Source of the DNA: Pristiophorus japonicus
Taxonomy: Eukaryota
Reading direction: 5' to 3'
DNA: 64,000 nucleotides
NCBI RefSeq assembly: GCF_044704955.1
Contig: NC_091992.1
Span: 126,914,001 to 126,978,000 of the forward strand
Part shown: positions 60,500-64,000 of the stretch, piece after piece
Numbering within the stretch: the first letter of the stretch is position 1
How the letters are laid out: every line of letters begins with the position of its first letter
Made by a program: the position numbers and the translations under genes
The notes under the pieces: model-generated
What the model was told of the DNA's origin: nothing
What the model saw: only the letters and a program-made list of their open reading frames with translations
Database searches by the model: none

Positions 60500-60990
60500 C
60501 TGACTCTCCAGCCAGGGGGAACAGCGTCTCGAGCCCCCGAGTACTCGACTCTCCAGCCAGGGGGGAGAACAGCCTCTCGAGCCCCTAGTACAGGACTCTC
60601 CAGCCAGGGGGGGAGAACAGCCTCTCGAGCCCCCGAGTACTGGACTCTCCAGCCAGGGGGAACAGCCTCTCGAGCCCCCGAGTACTGGACTCTCCAGCCA
60701 GGGGGAACAGCCTCTCGAGCCCCCTAGTACTGGACTCTCCAGCCAGGGGGAACAGCCTCTCGAGCCCCTCGTACTGGACTCTCCAGCCAGGGGGAACAGC
60801 GTCTCGAGCCTCTCGTACTCGACTCTCCAGCCAGGGGGAACAGCGTCTCGAGCCTCTCGTACTCGACTCTCCAGCCAGGGGGAACAGCCTCTCGAGCCCC
60901 CGAGTACTGGACTCTCCAGCCAGGGGGGGAACAGCCTCTCGGACCCCCGAGTACTGGACTCTCCAGCCAGGGGGGGAACAGCCTCTCGGG
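60500..60990. repeat. ~41-45-bp minisatellite (GACTCTCCAGCCAGGGGGAACAGCCTCTCGAGCCCCCGAGTACTG) grown from a minus-strand CR1 tail (~60365-60520)
   Basis: About 11-12 copies; the CTCTCCAGCCAGGGGAA core matches CR1 sequence at ~49985. Confidence 0.9.
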
Positions 60991-61331
60991 CCCTCTAAAG
61001 AATGTTATACTTGGCCTGACTCACACAGCCAGGGGTGTTTTAAGCTTCTGAACCTGCCCTGACTGAGCATGGCGTCTTGTGCTGCATCATTCCGGGTAAC
61101 TTGTGACTTTAAATCTCACATTTAACTTCCAGGCACCCGGGGGACACCCAGAGGGGACTGGGTAACGTCTGACACTGTCTCTGGAGCGATGGCTTTGAGC
61201 GACTCGACCACATCATCCTGAGAAACCGCTCGGCTCTTGGGGGCCCCTCCCCCCCCCCACGCCCATCAACCAGGAAACCGCTTGGGAGAACTTCGGGGGT
61301 AGAGAAAGCGTGGAGCCCTCGGCAGCCGAGG

Positions 61332-61547
61332 ATGCCGGGAGAGAGGAGAGGCGAGCTCGGCATGGCGTCTGTGCTCAGGGAGTGCTGCTCCTATCGCACC
61401 TTGAAGCGGCGGCTGCCCATCCTGGCCTGGCTGCCCCTGTATTCGGTGCAGTGGCTGCGAATGGATCTGTTGGCGGGGGTAACTGTGGGGCTTACTGTGG
61501 TGCCTCAGGCCCTCGCCTATGCTGAAATAGCTGGCCTTCCGGTTCAG
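61332..61547 (+). CDS. slc26a11: Sodium-independent sulfate anion transporter, first coding exon (start at 61332 or 61362)
   Basis: RRLPILAWLPLYSVQWLRMDLLAGVTVGLTVVPQALAYAEIAGLPVQ then GTAGGC donor; upstream in-frame stop at 61170; likely acceptor at 61131-32. Confidence 0.95.
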
Positions 61548-61754
61548 GTAGGCGCGACTGATTGCTGATCCAGGCTCGCACTGTGCTCAGGAAAATGCTT
61601 CAGGGTTTAACACTTTTTAAAAAAAAAATTTTTAAAAAAATGGTTTAGTCGCTACTCAGCAATAAACACAGAAAGTGCTGGAAACACTGAGCAGCTCAGG
61701 CGGCATCTGTGAAGAGAGAAACACAGTTAACGTTGAACCTTTCATCAGAAGTTA

Positions 61755-62275
61755 GTGTCAGTCGTGGCTCAGTGGGCAGCACTTTCGCCTCGGAGTCAGA
61801 AGGTTGTGGGTTCGAGTCCCACTCCAGGGACATGAGCACCAAAAATCCAGGCCGACACTCCCAGTGCAGTGCTGAGGGAGTGCTGCACTGTCGGAGGTGC
61901 CGTCTTTCAGATGAGACGTTAAACCGAGGCCCCGTCTGCCCCCTCAGGTGGACGTAAAATATCTCGTGCCGCTATTTCGAAGAAGAGCAGGGGAGTTATC
62001 CCCGGTGTCCTGGCCAATATTTATCCCTCAATCAACATCACCAAAAAACAGATTATCTGGTGGTTTGTGGAAGCTTGCTGCGCACTCCCTCAGCACTGCA
62101 CTAGAGCGGGACTTGAACCCACAACCTTCTGACTCGGAGGCGAGAGTGCTGCCCACTGAGCCACAGTGACATTTCCTACATTACAACCGTGACCACATTT
62201 CAAAAGGCGGTAAAGCGCTTTGGGACATCCTAAAGTCGTGAAAGGCGCTATATAAATGCAAGTCTTCCTTTCTTT
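61755..62275 (+). mobile_element. DeuSINE with an internal inverted SINE-head fragment (~62080-62165)
   Basis: Full head and body; the segment CACTCCCTCAGCACTGCACT...GGACTTGAACCC...CCACTGAGCCAC is the reverse complement of the head. Confidence 0.82.
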
Positions 62276-63549
62276 ATCACCCAGCAAATGTTACGCAATG
62301 GCCGTGTAATTGCGGTCGGAGGCTTCCTGCGGGCGATGCCTCCCGCCCAGATATTATTTTACGAAAGTATCTGCCGGTCCCGGAGGAGCGTATACCCAGC
62401 GTATGGTCCCACGCCTCCCAGGAACGTAAGTGTAACCTGGGATCACGTGAGCCCGGACCACCAATGAGCATGGAGTATTTTTATTGATGATGATGGGGGC
62501 TCTGTTTGAACCGAACTCCTATTACTATCAATGAGAATACCACCCAAAACACAACACCATAAATAAAAACACCACATATTTAAAATTAATTGAAATTGAA
62601 TGAACTGTTTTAGACACGAGATTTTTATAATATGGGTTAAAATAAACTTGCCTTAATGGACATTGTCACTAAATTTTAATAAAATTTAATTTTTCTATCT
62701 TTTTAAAACTCTTACAATGGTAACAGTAGGCTCTGTCTGCTTTTGCTGGGCTGGAGTGGGGATGCGTGCGATCTGTCGGATCACAAATGCTGGTTCTCGG
62801 CACACGCACGTCGTGCGCCTAAACGCGGCACTTGCGGAGGCCCCCTTTCGGGCGTGCACAGATCGTACCCGCCCGGAGGCGCCGCAATTAACGGCCCTTT
62901 TGTTATCGATGCAAAGCCGTGGGGGGGGAGAAAGACCGTCACTGGCCTGGAGCCTGAACACTCTATCTGCCCTCTGACCCTCGACCTTTTCCGAGTGGCT
63001 GCAGTTACCGGCTATTGTCCAACTCCAGCAGGAGCCTTGGGGACTTGCCCGCGAGGGCTGCCACACAGAAAGTGGCAGACATCGCAGTGTGGTGAGCAGG
63101 CCCGGGCAACAAAACACTGGAGATGTACAGCAGCCCCATCTCGCCCGAAGGAGAGAAGGATGGTTCGGGTTTCAGGGTCCGAACTCCTCGGGGCGGGGGT
63201 GGGGGTCGGTGGGGGGGCGGGGGAAGGTAAATGCATGTTTTGTTGCGCTATCTAAAAGTTCTGCCTATCCTCTTCTTTTTTTTTTGGTTGTTTAATTGTT
63301 TTAAGGCAATAGATTTCTGTTGGGCAAGGCTATTAAGGGCAGATGGAGTTGAGATACGGATCAGCCACGGTCTAATTGAATGGTGGAACAGGCTCGAGGG
63401 GCTGAATGGCCTCCCCATGTTCCCAAGACAAAACTGACGGCCCTTCTCCGTTCTTGTCCTTGCTGTTTCACCAGGCAATTTTACTTCTAAGGGATATTTG
63501 ATGGGTTTGTTGTATTCTTGTCTCTCTCTAATCCCTGTTTCTGCTCCAG

Positions 63550-63742
63550 TACGGGCTCTATTCCTCGTTTGTGGGCTGCTTTGTCTACTGCCTGCTCGGC
63601 ACCTCGAAAGACATTACGTTGGGTCCGACAGCGATCATGTCCCTCCTCGTCTCCTCGTACGCACATCACGACCCCGTGTACGCAGTACTCCTGGCTTTCC
63701 TCTGTGGCTGCATTCAGCTGGCAATGGGCATCCTGCACCTCG
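63550..63742 (+). CDS. slc26a11: slc26a11 second coding exon (YGLYSSFVGCFVYCLLGTSKDITLGPTAIMSLLVSSYAHHDPVYAVLLAFLCGCIQLAMGILHL-G); gene continues beyond window
   Basis: CCAG acceptor, GTAAGT donor; 193 nt; SLC26 signature YGLY...GTS...GP. Confidence 0.96.
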
Positions 63743-64000
63743 GTAAGTGCATCTCTCCCGATGAATATATCTATCCAATCAATGGCTGTCCATTGATCTC
63801 TCTCTGGGAGGGGTGGGGGTTAGTGTCTGTCAACCAGCTGTGCCACCTCACCAATCCTGTGCCATTGGGGGGGCATGGAGTACAGAGAGGGGGTTTCCAC
63901 GCCAGGTGTTAGACTCGGAAGTCAACCACAGGCGAGTCCCCTGCTCCCCTGGCGGATTTGCAGTTGGCTCGATTGCAGCACTGACTGTGCTGTGATAGCA

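Overview
Repeat-rich vertebrate genomic DNA. The repeat inventory (shark-type CR1 tails, SacSINE1-like DeuSINEs, Tx1) and an intact G-alpha-v gene point to a cartilaginous fish; this is an inference. Four host genes are recoverable by manual exon assembly: (1) the last two coding exons of a G-alpha-v gene (gnav1, + strand; fifth G-alpha class, lost in tetrapods), neither correctly shown in the ORF track; (2) a complete two-exon neuropeptide B gene (npb, -); (3) a complete 8-exon sulfamidase gene (sgsh, -, 512 aa); (4) the first two coding exons of slc26a11 (+), head-to-head with sgsh across a compact promoter with CLEAR/M-box and ETS motifs. The rest is CR1, L2, RTE and Tx1 LINE fragments, DeuSINEs, a full-length degenerate Mag-type Gypsy element, two solo LTRs, many minisatellites and a 308-N gap. 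The most unusual structures are: a stack of Tx1 retrotransposon 3' ends repeatedly inserted at one 15-bp site inside a solo LTR, suggesting an LTR-targeting Tx1 family; two minisatellites that amplified authentic sgsh exon-end/splice-donor junctions (28 and about 15 copies); and a hairpin-rich non-coding element carrying an RTE tail. Most long ORFs in the ORF track are repeat artefacts. Exon and LTR coordinates were counted to the base; other repeat boundaries are approximate.
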